Shown here in pieces: positions 8,867 to 18,922 of a DNA stretch of 64,000 bases. The notes under the pieces were generated by a model, which was given only the letters and a program-made list of their open reading frames with translations, was not told the DNA's origin and searched no databases. Made by a program: the position numbers and the translations under genes. Positions within the stretch are counted from its first letter, which is position 1. The number at the start of each line of letters is the position of its first letter. Source of the DNA: an uncultured Rikenellaceae bacterium (GTDB lineage: Bacteria > Bacteroidota > Bacteroidia > Bacteroidales > VadinHA17); the NCBI GenBank assembly GCA_964410385.1, contig CAYPHL010000001.1, positions 5,485 to 69,484 of the forward strand, written 5' to 3'.

Positions 8867-10366
8867 TTACATTATTGATTTTTCCATACTTTTTACCGGA
8901 GTCACGGGTTCCTTTTTCTCGAAATCATACAGTGTCTGGATCTTCAGATTAAGCAGTTCAAGCTTATATGAGATAAGGGAATTTGTATAGGAAAGCTGTT
9001 TTTCGGAAAGCTGGTTCTGATATATATTAAGGTCCATCCCGGTCAGATCCCCGTTGCGGTATTTTTCAAGGTTCAGATCATATGTAAGCTGCGCATTTGT
9101 TACATTCTGCTGTGCTATTCCAATCTGGTTACGCAGGTTGATCAGGTTCCTGTAAACCTGCCTTACCCCAAGAATTATATCGTTCTGCTCCTCTTCGAAA
9201 GATACATTTGCCGATTCGATGGTCGCCTGCGATGCTTTGATCCTTGACTTCCTTTCTCCCCAGTCCCAGAGAGGTACTGAAAATGAAAGAGAAATACTTT
9301 CGTTATCGGTGGGGCTCTCATAAACATTCCCTATGTTTTCATTATCCCCGAAAAGTCCTATTGAAAGTCCAAGGTTTCCCTTGAATTCATTGAGAGCTTT
9401 TGTCTGAATAAGATCAAACTCTGCGGTTTCAATATTTATTTTGCTCTGCCTCAGTTCCATCCTGTTCGCGAGACCCTGATCAATCGCAAAAGCCACATCT
9501 ATCTGAACAGTATCGACATCGATATTGGGCAGAACCATAAAATCATCATAAAGGCTCATTCCAATTATTATCTTGAAGTCGTCCTTCGCATTTTCATATT
9601 CCACCTGGCTGTTCTCGTATTCCGATCTTGAGGAAGCAAGGTTGAGCTCGGCCTGGAACATTTCTTCACGGGCTGATATGCCGGCATCGACTTTGTTTTT
9701 GATAACTTCATGGCTCTGTTGCATATTCTGGTAAGCCTGCCGGGCTATCTCCATGCTCTGCTGTTTCTGATAAACGAAATAAAATGCCTGCGTCACACCT
9801 TTTTCGAGGGATAAAAGCTGAATTGCATAGTTAAGCTGTGAATTCTCAAGGGCCAGCTGTAACTCTTTAAGCTGAAGTTTTGTACGGTTATAGGTAAAGA
9901 GAGGCTGATCGAGATTCAGTGAAAGCCGGTTGCTGAATCCCTTTGTTGTTCTTTCGGCAAATTCACTATATGAATCAGTATAACCAAAGCGGTTGGTCAG
10001 TGAAACAACTGCATCGGTCAGAACTATAGGCTGGGCTACAGTGAACAGCCCGAAGCTTTCTGTGGTCCTTGTTGTATTCCATTTGGATATAAGATCATTG
10101 AATTCCCTGTTCTGGTTGTATCCGATCGGATTTATTGATAATGAGAACTGGGATTTCAGCGCAGCATTCTGGGCATTGAGATTCTCCTGGTTCCTGATGA
10201 GGTTGAGCTTTGTCCTTTTCATATTGGGACTATTGTTTTCTGCTATCTGCATAGCCTGCTGAAGGGTCATTCCTTCCTGGGGATATACATCTACTATGTT
10301 GAATATTAATATACAACATGACAAGAAAATCCTTATAGCCGGTTTGAAGTGCGTTTTCATTATCAA
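8867..10366 (-). CDS. TolC-family outer membrane efflux protein
   Basis: 499 aa with an N-terminal signal and two internally similar helical/coiled halves typical of OMF proteins (…LNLIRNQENLNAQNAALKSQF…, …VRQVYRNLINLRNQIGIAQQNV…). Operon context with adaptor and RND genes. Confidence 0.88.
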   Translation of the reverse strand: MIMKTHFKPAIRIFLSCCILIFNIVDVYPQEGMTLQQAMQIAENNSPNMKRTKLNLIRNQENLNAQNAALKSQFSLSINPIGYNQNREFNDLISKWNTTRTTESFGLFTVAQPIVLTDAVVSLTNRFGYTDSYSEFAERTTKGFSNRLSLNLDQPLFTYNRTKLQLKELQLALENSQLNYAIQLLSLEKGVTQAFYFVYQKQQSMEIARQAYQNMQQSHEVIKNKVDAGISAREEMFQAELNLASSRSEYENSQVEYENAKDDFKIIIGMSLYDDFMVLPNIDVDTVQIDVAFAIDQGLANRMELRQSKINIETAEFDLIQTKALNEFKGNLGLSIGLFGDNENIGNVYESPTDNESISLSFSVPLWDWGERKSRIKASQATIESANVSFEEEQNDIILGVRQVYRNLINLRNQIGIAQQNVTNAQLTYDLNLEKYRNGDLTGMDLNIYQNQLSEKQLSYTNSLISYKLELLNLKIQTLYDFEKKEPVTPVKSMEKSIM

Positions 10367-10485
10367 TCTTCTTAATTCTTAATTCGTTGTTCTTAATTCT
10401 TACTTATAATTTTTGCCGGAACCAAAGAAAATGCCTCAGACAATTCCTTCTCTGTGCTCTGCGTTCTGAGCCAATCTCTCCCCAT

Positions 10486-10565
10486 CTCCCCCTCTCCTCA
10501 TCACGCCCTCTCCTCATCTCCCTCTCTCCTCATCCCCCCTTTCCTCATCACCCCCTCTCCCTTTC
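10486..10565. repeat. CT-rich ~16-nt tandem repeat (CTCCTCATC core x4) between the permease-fusion and OMF genes
   Basis: Cores at 10494, 10510, 10526 and 10541. Reads GATGAGGAG on the transcribed minus strand. Confidence 0.85.
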
Positions 10566-10571
10566 TTTCCT

Positions 10572-13500
10572 TCACTCCGCTTTCACCCACCTGACAGCAT
10601 CCCCGATAACTATCCTGCCCGTCGACTGGTTTGTAAGTTCAACCTTTGCACTGTCGTGTGAGAAATAATACCGTCCGAGATTATTCCATCCGGGTTCCGC
10701 ATTCTCAAAATCGACAGTTATTTCATCCTTTCCTTCATCGTGATAAACCAGGTAATGCATATCCTTATATGGTGAATCGCCTCTGCCTTCTCCTCCGGGA
10801 GGCGCCGGTGGTCCTCCGGCCGGACCCTGTCCACGCCCGGTACGTACAACGACTCTTTCACCGGTCTTACCTACAAAACAATAAACATCATAGTAACCCG
10901 GCTCATCGATCTTTACAGACCAGGTAACCTTCCTGTCACCTGTACCACTGCGGGTAAATACTGAAGACAATACATATCTCCCATAATATGCCGATTGGAT
11001 GGCTTTCTCCCATTTCTCGGGAGCCCAGTACATGTTTATCTCACTGTATTCGTTGCGGTCATTATTTTTTACCCCGAGCAGTTTTTTAAGCAGACCGGGG
11101 GTCTCAATATTGGTATTTTTAAATCCCGGATCCTCATTGTCGACTATTAATTCACCGGGCGATGTCAAAGCGGGTAGCGGGAGTTTTTCTTCACCTTCAA
11201 TTATGGTTGTACCTGATCGTATTTTCCTGATCTCGTTAACGGGAAGGGTGACCTCTCCTGGTATGTTCCTGGCAAACAAAGTATTGATTATCAACTCCCT
11301 TGGTTCAGCATCAAGTATCGTTCTTATTGTCTTTGCATTCCCGGGTTCCATCACGACAATAGATGAAATATCATCTGTTTCCATACCCCTTCCCTGGATG
11401 GTCCTCGAAATTGATGTTCCTCCGGGTACTGGTCTTACTATGTCCGTTATTACCTGCCCGCTCCCTCTGCCTGAACCTCCGGTACGGAATGCGAGATAGA
11501 ATATGCCTGTAACTGTTTCAGGATTCAGCGCTGTGAAAGTAACCAGATATCTTACCCTGTCGCCAACGACAATTTCTCCGGCTTCAATATCCCTGAAAAG
11601 AAATCCGGGTTGTTCTTTCCTGTTGAACCAGCTGTCGAGATAAGGGTATATGCCGAATCCGAATTTCTGTTTCAGATCCTCGTCGAATCGGTCTATATCG
11701 ATCCTCCGGAATCTATGCTCATCAATATACTTTCCGAACCATTCGTTAAACTCCCTGATCCCGGCTTTCGATCTCATTATATTGAAAAGATAATCTCCTT
11801 TCAGGGTGACAATAGCTCTGATGGTATCACTTCCCGGATTCGAAGCAAGTATCTCCCTGAAGCTTCCGTTCCTGAGGATCAGATTAGCCCTGTCCTGCTC
11901 GGACACTCCTCCCATTGACCGTCTTATCCCGGCTTCGGGATTAGTCACTTTCTGGAGGTGGGATTCGAAAACGGAATTAATCACCGGGTATTCCGAGGAA
12001 TAAAAATTATTTTTGAAAAAGTAAAAACTCGGCCCAAGACGATAGCGGACCGGTTCGTTTATTACAGTTCCGTTGTAAAACCTGAAATCCTCTCCGGTGA
12101 TAAATGTGTTTCTTATAAAATCATTAAAAATCCTGACCTGTAATTCTTTATCGGTTATGACCTGGTTATTCCTGGCCATATTCTTTTTCTGACGCGAAAA
12201 TCTCTTTCCAAAGCCGGCATTCCGAAGCGTTGACAATCTTTCCGGAAGAAGTACCATTGATGGCTGTACCTCTGCTCTTGTCTGGGTGCTCATCCTGGGA
12301 TACGAAAAGAACTGAACAGGTACTTCCAGAAAGCTCAGTGTTCTAAATGGATATTTAGTTGAGAAATTTGTTTCGAGATCTCTCATTAATCCCGATACAA
12401 GATGAGATAAAGTGTCTTTAAGTTCTGCAAGATCTTTTTTGTAGTAATCATTCCCGGGGAAATAGAATGTAAAGTATTTTACCGAGTCCACTGTAAGCGT
12501 ATCTGAACTATAATTGCCGATTGCAAGAGTTAGACCGGTGAGTGGTACTTCATTTTCGAAAATGACAGCTCCGTCTTCTTTTTTCATTGTACCCTGGGCG
12601 ACCGGGACAAGTCTGCTGTCGGTCCTTACCCTGAGAGTGAACCTTATAAAATCGGTCTTGATCCTTGCAGGATTTGAAGGGTAATAGTTAAGTCCCGGAA
12701 CAGGATACCAGTGTGTTTCCGGTGTCAGGAGAACATAATCATCCCGTAGAAAGGCCTGACGCTTATTTATATTCAGCATTTCCATCCGGTAAGGTGTAAC
12801 GTTATAATTCTCGTTATGATCCGGAAAACAGAAATTCTCGTCGATCGTACCCGAGTAAGTTATTGTTAAACTATCGGTACAGCCAGGCTGAAGAATGCTG
12901 TCACGGTCAACTTCTATTATATGATTTATCCTTTCAAAAACCAAAGCCTGTCCGTTTGATGTAACTGTACTTACTGCCAGACCCGGATTAAGGGAAAGCA
13001 CATAGCGGTCGATCCCTGCAGGGTTATCATTTGTAAATTTCAGTCTTGCAGTCGCTTCAATTGTCTCTCCTTTATGACGGCAATCTATTTGTGCGTCTGT
13101 GAGTGCCGCGAAGAGGATATCTTCATATCTCCTGCTTACCTCGATAACCCGGTTCTTTGAATCCTTATTCTTTTTCCAGGTCTTCATTACGTTGAATCCG
13201 CAGAATCCGGCGCCTGCAGTAAAAACAACAAGCAGTATCACCGAAAGGGCTGTATGTATCTTAGACTGAGGCAATCTTTTAAATAACAATACTGTAGCAA
13301 AAACCAGGGCAAGTCCGAGGCACAGGTAGAAGCCTCTCTGGCTCAGAATCAACCCCGGATCATCAAAACCTATGATACCCGATTTAAAAAGAGGCAAACC
13401 GAAAGCCATATAGTCGAAAATAAATCCTGCCCTGTACCATAGCCAGAACATATCGAGAGCCGCAATCCCCAGCAGGATCAGGAAAGTTATTGCCTGATTC

Positions 13501-14018
13501 CTGATGACAGACATCATCATAAATGCCAGACCGAGGCTGAAAATTATCGTTGGCAGGCAGATCAGAAGAAGATACCAGAGATATGACAGGATATCCACCT
13601 CCATTCTTTTTGAAATTATATTGATGATAAGGGCAATGGAGAGGATTACGAGATCAAGACTCAGAAAAAGCCTGAGTATACCTGTTGTCTTGCCGCTTAC
13701 ATATTCAAAGTTCGACATTGAGCGTGTGTACAGAACTTCATTTGTATCAAGCTTTTTATCACGCTTCAGGAAATCAGCGGCAAGGAAAATGACGATCAAT
13801 GCCTGGCCTATATTTAAAAGGTACAGGTTGACATGAGGTACGGATGAAGAGATTGATATCATTTCCCATCCTTCTTCACCAACCGGTGAAAAGAGACCTA
13901 TGTTCATGAAGGTAAAGATCGTCAGGGCCCCTATCGAGAACAACCTGAAGAACCAGCTTCTCCTGAGTATCCTGGCTTCGTATTTTGCTACGGTTCTTAT
14001 GTTATGAAGAAATGACAT
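10572..14018 (-). CDS. Large membrane protein: ABC-2-type permease-like N-terminal multi-TM region fused to a ~850-aa extracytoplasmic region (degenerate M1-aminopeptidase-like, golvesin/CBM-like C-terminal module)
   Basis: N-terminal ~280 aa has about 7 hydrophobic helices and begins 15 nt after the ABC ATPase gene stop. The middle has YPFRTLSFLEVPV resembling the M1-peptidase core, but no GAMEN or HEXXH. The C-terminus (GYYDVYCFV...WNNLGRYYFSHDSAKVELTNQSTGRIVIGDAVRWV) resembles golvesin C-terminal-like domains. The domain calls are inference. Confidence 0.6.
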   Translation of the reverse strand: MSFLHNIRTVAKYEARILRRSWFFRLFSIGALTIFTFMNIGLFSPVGEEGWEMISISSSVPHVNLYLLNIGQALIVIFLAADFLKRDKKLDTNEVLYTRSMSNFEYVSGKTTGILRLFLSLDLVILSIALIINIISKRMEVDILSYLWYLLLICLPTIIFSLGLAFMMMSVIRNQAITFLILLGIAALDMFWLWYRAGFIFDYMAFGLPLFKSGIIGFDDPGLILSQRGFYLCLGLALVFATVLLFKRLPQSKIHTALSVILLVVFTAGAGFCGFNVMKTWKKNKDSKNRVIEVSRRYEDILFAALTDAQIDCRHKGETIEATARLKFTNDNPAGIDRYVLSLNPGLAVSTVTSNGQALVFERINHIIEVDRDSILQPGCTDSLTITYSGTIDENFCFPDHNENYNVTPYRMEMLNINKRQAFLRDDYVLLTPETHWYPVPGLNYYPSNPARIKTDFIRFTLRVRTDSRLVPVAQGTMKKEDGAVIFENEVPLTGLTLAIGNYSSDTLTVDSVKYFTFYFPGNDYYKKDLAELKDTLSHLVSGLMRDLETNFSTKYPFRTLSFLEVPVQFFSYPRMSTQTRAEVQPSMVLLPERLSTLRNAGFGKRFSRQKKNMARNNQVITDKELQVRIFNDFIRNTFITGEDFRFYNGTVINEPVRYRLGPSFYFFKNNFYSSEYPVINSVFESHLQKVTNPEAGIRRSMGGVSEQDRANLILRNGSFREILASNPGSDTIRAIVTLKGDYLFNIMRSKAGIREFNEWFGKYIDEHRFRRIDIDRFDEDLKQKFGFGIYPYLDSWFNRKEQPGFLFRDIEAGEIVVGDRVRYLVTFTALNPETVTGIFYLAFRTGGSGRGSGQVITDIVRPVPGGTSISRTIQGRGMETDDISSIVVMEPGNAKTIRTILDAEPRELIINTLFARNIPGEVTLPVNEIRKIRSGTTIIEGEEKLPLPALTSPGELIVDNEDPGFKNTNIETPGLLKKLLGVKNNDRNEYSEINMYWAPEKWEKAIQSAYYGRYVLSSVFTRSGTGDRKVTWSVKIDEPGYYDVYCFVGKTGERVVVRTGRGQGPAGGPPAPPGGEGRGDSPYKDMHYLVYHDEGKDEITVDFENAEPGWNNLGRYYFSHDSAKVELTNQSTGRIVIGDAVRWVKAE

Positions 14019-14033
14019 GTCCTTATCCTGAAA

Positions 14034-14930
14034 TCATTCCGAAATGTCTGCATGAAGCTTATGTTCCATGTAATAAACATAAGCATGTTCAATGTTTGGT
14101 ATTATTGTTTCCGAGCCGTCAAATTCCGGGCGGTTATCCGAAACAACCTGAACCTCCCAGCCTGTTTCAACCGGGATCGTCGAGATCACGTTATAACGTT
14201 CCTTTACAGATTCGTATTCGGCAGGACTGAGATTAAGCCGGAACACATGTCCTTCGGCATTCCTGACTAGGTTTTCGGGAGAACCTGAAAACACAAGTTC
14301 ACCCCTGTTCAGCAGAGCCATACCCTGACATGTCGATGAAATATCCCCGACAATATGGGTTGAGAGGATAATTGTCACATCGTGCTGACTCAGCTGTGAC
14401 AGTATATTCCTGAACCTGATCCTTTCGTCGGGGTCAAGTCCGGTCGTCGGTTCGTCAACAATTATGAGCTTCGGATTTCCAATAAGCGCCTGTGCAATAC
14501 CCAGGCGCCGCTTCATCCCCCCCGACAGTTTGTTAGCCTGCCGGTCGCGTACCTCCAGCAATCCCACCTGGTTAAGAAGACGGTCAACCTCGCTTATCCT
14601 AAGCTTCCGGTTTTTTATTCCTGCAAGGGCACCTGCATAATCAAGAAATTCCCATGTCCTGAGTGAGGTGAAAAAACGGAAATCCTGGGGAAGATACCCG
14701 AGGATGCTCCGGAGCCACCTCCGGTGCTTCTGAATATCCTTTCCATCTATCAGAACAATTCCTGATGTGGGTTTCATCAAGGTGACCATGATCCTCATAA
14801 GGCTCGATTTACCTGCACCATTGGGCCCCAGAAGCCCGAACATACCCGTCCCGAACTCAAGATCGATATCCTTAAGGGCACGATTGCCGTTAGGATATAT
14901 TTTGCTGAGCCCTCTGATTTCAATTTTCAT
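14034..14930 (-). CDS. ABC transporter ATP-binding protein (ABC-2/DrrA-like subfamily)
   Basis: Walker A GPNGAGKS, Q-loop YLPQ, signature LSGGMKRR, Walker B LIIVDEPTTGLD, H-loop STH. First gene of the minus-strand efflux locus. Confidence 0.95.
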   Translation of the reverse strand: MKIEIRGLSKIYPNGNRALKDIDLEFGTGMFGLLGPNGAGKSSLMRIMVTLMKPTSGIVLIDGKDIQKHRRWLRSILGYLPQDFRFFTSLRTWEFLDYAGALAGIKNRKLRISEVDRLLNQVGLLEVRDRQANKLSGGMKRRLGIAQALIGNPKLIIVDEPTTGLDPDERIRFRNILSQLSQHDVTIILSTHIVGDISSTCQGMALLNRGELVFSGSPENLVRNAEGHVFRLNLSPAEYESVKERYNVISTIPVETGWEVQVVSDNRPEFDGSETIIPNIEHAYVYYMEHKLHADISE

Positions 14931-15068
14931 ATTCCGGTAAGGGAAACTTAATAATCTACGGTGATTGACGTTATAAAGACGGTATTTATTTCAAATGTTG
15001 CAGAAAAAAATACTAAATTATTAAAATCATTTAGATTTTATATTTCTTCCGGGTTGGAAACAAATTCA

Positions 15069-15076
15069 TAATTTTG
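15069..15076 (+). promoter_or_regulatory. Candidate Bacteroidota -7 promoter box (TAnnTTTG) for the HD-lpxD-lpxC/fabZ-lpxA operon
   Basis: TAATTTTG lies 20 nt upstream of the GTG start at 15096. No clear -33 TTTG. Confidence 0.35.
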
Positions 15077-15095
15077 TAACCTGAAAATTTCAGAG

Positions 15096-16349
15096 GTGGG
15101 ATATAAGACAAATAAGCGTAAGATAATCAACGATCCTGTTTACGGATTCATTAATGTCCCGGGAGATTTCATTTTCGATCTTATTGAACACCCCTGGTTC
15201 CAGAGGCTGAGGAATATAAAACAGCTCGGTCTGACAAGCTTTGTATATCCGGGGGCAAATCATTCCAGGTTCCAGCACTGTCTTGGAGCTTTGCACCTTA
15301 TGGATATGGCAATAACTACTTTGCGGAGAAAAGGAACAGAAATATCCCCCGAAGAGGAGGAAGCAGCATTTATTGCGATCCTTCTTCACGATTCCGGTCA
15401 CGGCCCTTTTTCACATGCCCTCGAAAATTCGATAATTACCGGCATTTCCCATGAAGATATTTCCCTGCTCCTCATGGAGAAGCTGAATGAATTTTATCGG
15501 GGTAAGCTGACTCTGTCAATAAAGATTTTCAGGGATGTATATCACAGGAAGTTCTTTCACGAGCTTGTTGCAGGCCAGATGGATATGGACCGCCTCGATT
15601 ATCTTCGCCGGGACAGCTTTTTTACAGGGGTCATAGAGGGATCTGTCGGATCTGACAGGATCATCAGGATGCTGAATGTTGTGGATGACTCACTGGTGAT
15701 TGATGAAAAAGGGATCTATTCGATCGAAAAGTTCCTTATCGCCAGAAGGCTTATGTACTGGCAGGTATACATGCATAAAGCGGTGATCGCCTCGGAGAGC
15801 CTGCTTGTAAACGTACTTAAACGTGCAAGGGAACTTGCTCTTAAAGGTGTAGATATTTATGCAACCCCTGCTTTAAGGTTTTTCCTTTATAACAGACTCG
15901 GACCAGACGACCTGCTCAAGGAAGGGGAATTTACACCCGGGCTCCTTGCAGAAAACTTTACGCGGCTTGATGATTCGGATATTCTCGTTTCTGCAAAATA
16001 CTGGGCCGACAGTTCTGACAGGATACTTTCCGACCTGGCATCGAGGCTCATGCGGAGAAGATTGCTGGCAATAGAGCTTCAGAATGAACCCTTTTCAAAA
16101 GAAAGAGTTAACAGACTTAAGGCACAGGCTGTCGAAATGATGAACACGGATCTGCTTACGACTGACTATTATGTTTTCACGAACAGTATCTCAAACCTGG
16201 CCTATACCCCGCATTCCCCGGAAGTGAAAATCCTTCTGAAATCTGGCAAAACAGCCGACATCTCAGATGTCTCAGATATGTTTGACCACAGATTCCTCTC
16301 GGAAGGGATAACTAAATATTTTTTGTGCTACCCAAAGGAATTCAGATAA
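15096..16349 (+). CDS. HD domain-containing phosphohydrolase (dNTP triphosphohydrolase/SAMHD1-like)
   Basis: GTG start. N-terminal INDPVYGFINV...FQRLRNIKQLG...RFQHCLGALHL...LLHDSGHGPFSHALE is typical of the HD dGTPase-like family. Upstream of lpxD. Confidence 0.8.
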   Translation: MGYKTNKRKIINDPVYGFINVPGDFIFDLIEHPWFQRLRNIKQLGLTSFVYPGANHSRFQHCLGALHLMDMAITTLRRKGTEISPEEEEAAFIAILLHDSGHGPFSHALENSIITGISHEDISLLLMEKLNEFYRGKLTLSIKIFRDVYHRKFFHELVAGQMDMDRLDYLRRDSFFTGVIEGSVGSDRIIRMLNVVDDSLVIDEKGIYSIEKFLIARRLMYWQVYMHKAVIASESLLVNVLKRARELALKGVDIYATPALRFFLYNRLGPDDLLKEGEFTPGLLAENFTRLDDSDILVSAKYWADSSDRILSDLASRLMRRRLLAIELQNEPFSKERVNRLKAQAVEMMNTDLLTTDYYVFTNSISNLAYTPHSPEVKILLKSGKTADISDVSDMFDHRFLSEGITKYFLCYPKEFR

Positions 16350-16364
16350 TTAAATTAATAAACA

Positions 16365-17408
16365 ATGGAATTTACAGCTGCAGCGATCGCAGAATTTCTT
16401 AAAGGCGAAATTACAGGCGATCCGGAGATTAAGGTTAATACAATAGCGAAAATTGAAGAAGGACACGAAGGTGCACTTTCCTTCCTCGCCAATCCGAAAT
16501 ACGAGCATTATATTTATTCTACAGGATCATCTGTTGTCCTTGTTAACCGGGATTTTGTTCCTTCAGCACCGGTAAAGGCTACATTGATCAGGGTCAGCAA
16601 TGCTTATGAGTCCTTTGCATCCTTAATGACACTTGCAGACCAGTCGAGACCGAGAAAGAAAGGCGTCCATCCTTCTGCTGTGATTGAGAAAAGCGCCAGG
16701 ATAGGGAAGGATGTTTATATAGGTGCTTTAGCGTATATAGGTGAGAACTGTGTGATCGGGGACAACTGCAGGATATACCCCCAGACATATATCGGAGATA
16801 ATACGAAGGTCGGAGATGATTGCCTGATTTACCCGGGTGTCAAAATTTATCATGAATGTGTTATAGGTAATAAATGTACGATACATGCCGGATCCGTTAT
16901 AGGCAGCGACGGCTTCGGCTTTGCCCCGCAGTCGGAAACAGAATTTATGAAGATACCGCAGTTAGGGAATGTCATACTGGAGGATCACGTGGAGATCGGG
17001 GCCAATGTTGCGATAGACAGGGCTACTATGGGATCAACTGTTGTACGCAGGGGTGTAAAACTTGATAACCTGATCCAGATCGGTCATAATGTCGAGATCG
17101 GTGAAAATACAGTGATGGCCGGACAGACTGGTATTGCGGGATCAACCAAAATCGGCAGGAACTGTATGTTTGCCGGACAGGTCGGCATTGCAGGGCACCT
17201 GAAAGTTGCCGATAATACGAGGATTGGCGCACAGGCCGGCGTTGCAGGCGACATAAAGGAAGAAAACCAGATTGTCATCGGATCTCCGGCCATTGAGCAC
17301 AGGAATTTCTTAAGATCATCAGTGATCTTCAGAAAACTGCCCGAAATGAAATCGAAAATTGATTACCTGGAACAGGAACTTGAATTCCTCAAAAGAAATA
17401 TGATCTGA
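16365..17408 (+). CDS. lpxD: UDP-3-O-(3-hydroxyacyl)glucosamine N-acyltransferase
   Basis: 347 aa with long hexapeptide-repeat (LbH) run and an LpxD-type N-terminal domain ([17 protein letters not shown]). Synteny with lpxC/fabZ and lpxA. Confidence 0.93.
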   Translation: MEFTAAAIAEFLKGEITGDPEIKVNTIAKIEEGHEGALSFLANPKYEHYIYSTGSSVVLVNRDFVPSAPVKATLIRVSNAYESFASLMTLADQSRPRKKGVHPSAVIEKSARIGKDVYIGALAYIGENCVIGDNCRIYPQTYIGDNTKVGDDCLIYPGVKIYHECVIGNKCTIHAGSVIGSDGFGFAPQSETEFMKIPQLGNVILEDHVEIGANVAIDRATMGSTVVRRGVKLDNLIQIGHNVEIGENTVMAGQTGIAGSTKIGRNCMFAGQVGIAGHLKVADNTRIGAQAGVAGDIKEENQIVIGSPAIEHRNFLRSSVIFRKLPEMKSKIDYLEQELEFLKRNMI

Positions 17409-17523
17409 ATCCACGGTCGGATTTAAATTTTCTGATATTGTTCATGTTAATCCGGAATTAAATAGTTTGTTCGGGAATTTTTATTTTTTTTGTATCCGGT
17501 TTTAATTACAATTATTTTTTCTG

Positions 17524-18918
17524 ATGAGTGAGAAACAAAGAACCCTTGCCAGAGAGATCAGTCTCACCGGGAAGGGATTACACACAGGTGTGAATGTAAA
17601 GATCACCTTTAAGCCGGCTCCGGCAAATCATGGGTATAAATTCTGCAGGATGGATCTTCCGGGGAAACCCCTTATAGATGCACTTGCTGAACATGTTTCA
17701 GATACTTCAAGGGGAACAACCCTGGTTCAGAACGAAGCTTCGGTAGCTACAATTGAACATGTTCTTGCTGCATTTTACGGTCTGAGCGTAGATAATGCCC
17801 TGATAGAGATCGACGGTCCGGAAGCTCCGATTATGGGAGGCTCGGCCCTGAAATTCGTGGAGGCAATAAAAGAAGCCGGAATAGCTGAACTTAAAGAAGA
17901 CAGGAATTATTACGTCATAAAGCAGAAAATTACATTTTCAGATGAAGAACATGGTGTCGACCTGATTATATATCCCGATGATCATCTAAGCATTAATGTA
18001 CTTATAGATTATAATTCAAGGATACTTGGGAACCAGTATGCTATACTTGATACTCTCGAGGATTTTGAAAAACAGATATGCAGCAGCAGAACATTTGTTT
18101 TCTTCCATGAGCTTGAACAACTGTACAACATGGGGCTCATCAAGGGAGGCGACCTCGATAACGCCGTTGTGATCCTTGAAAAGGAGGTGGAACAGGAAGA
18201 AATTGACCGGATTGCCAGGTTGTTCAACAGACCGGGAATAAGCAAGCATACCGCAGGGATACTCAATAATACACAGTTAAGATTTCCGAATGAACCCGCA
18301 CGTCATAAGCTCCTTGATCTGATGGGAGATCTTGCCCTTGCCGGCCATCCGATAAAGGGGAAAGTAGTGGCTACCAGGCCGGGTCATTATGCCAATACAC
18401 GCTTTTCAAGGATAATAAGACAGGAGATGAAGAAATCTCTGTCAAAACATAATATCCCTCTTTATGATCCCACGATCCCTCCTGTTTACAATCTTGAGGA
18501 AATAAAGAAGCGACTTCCTCACAGAGCCCCTTTCCTTATGGTCGATAAAATAATATCTCTCGACGAGACGACTGTGGTAGGAATAAAGAATGTTACTTTC
18601 AACGAGTCATTCTTCCAGGGCCATTTCCCTGATGAGCCTGTTATGCCCGGTGTGCTTCTCGTTGAAGCACTTGCCCAGTCCGGTGGCCTCCTGGTGCTGA
18701 GCGGACTGGAAGAACCTGAGAAATATTCGACATATTTCCTTAAAATTGACAAGCTGAAATTCAAGCATAAGGTGGTCCCCGGGGATACTGTAATTCTTAA
18801 AATGGAACTGGCAGAACCTATGAGGAGAGGTATAGTTACGATGTTCGGCCAGGCATTCGTTGGCAATAATCTTGTAGTTGAAGGGGAAATGACAGCCCAG
18901 GTAATAAAAAACAAGTAA
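17524..18918 (+). CDS. lpxC/fabZ: Bifunctional UDP-3-O-acyl-GlcNAc deacetylase / 3-hydroxyacyl-ACP dehydratase (LpxC-FabZ fusion)
   Basis: N-terminal LpxC (QRTLAREISLTGKGLHTG...EHVLAA...HKLLDLMGDLAL). C-terminal FabZ hot-dog fold (LPHRAPFLMVDKI...FFQGHFPDEPVMPGVL). Confidence 0.95.
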   Translation: MSEKQRTLAREISLTGKGLHTGVNVKITFKPAPANHGYKFCRMDLPGKPLIDALAEHVSDTSRGTTLVQNEASVATIEHVLAAFYGLSVDNALIEIDGPEAPIMGGSALKFVEAIKEAGIAELKEDRNYYVIKQKITFSDEEHGVDLIIYPDDHLSINVLIDYNSRILGNQYAILDTLEDFEKQICSSRTFVFFHELEQLYNMGLIKGGDLDNAVVILEKEVEQEEIDRIARLFNRPGISKHTAGILNNTQLRFPNEPARHKLLDLMGDLALAGHPIKGKVVATRPGHYANTRFSRIIRQEMKKSLSKHNIPLYDPTIPPVYNLEEIKKRLPHRAPFLMVDKIISLDETTVVGIKNVTFNESFFQGHFPDEPVMPGVLLVEALAQSGGLLVLSGLEEPEKYSTYFLKIDKLKFKHKVVPGDTVILKMELAEPMRRGIVTMFGQAFVGNNLVVEGEMTAQVIKNK

Positions 18919-18922
18919 TTCA

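Noticed and set aside
10387-10668. Plus-strand ORF with a proline/leucine/serine-rich product
   Set aside because: It is generated by the CT-rich 16-nt tandem repeat in an intergenic spacer and runs into the 3' end of the opposite-strand gene. It is not a plausible protein.
17524-18918. LpxC-FabZ gene fusion as a possible novelty
   Set aside because: This bifunctional fusion is a well-known feature of Bacteroidota. It is useful as a taxonomic marker but is not new.
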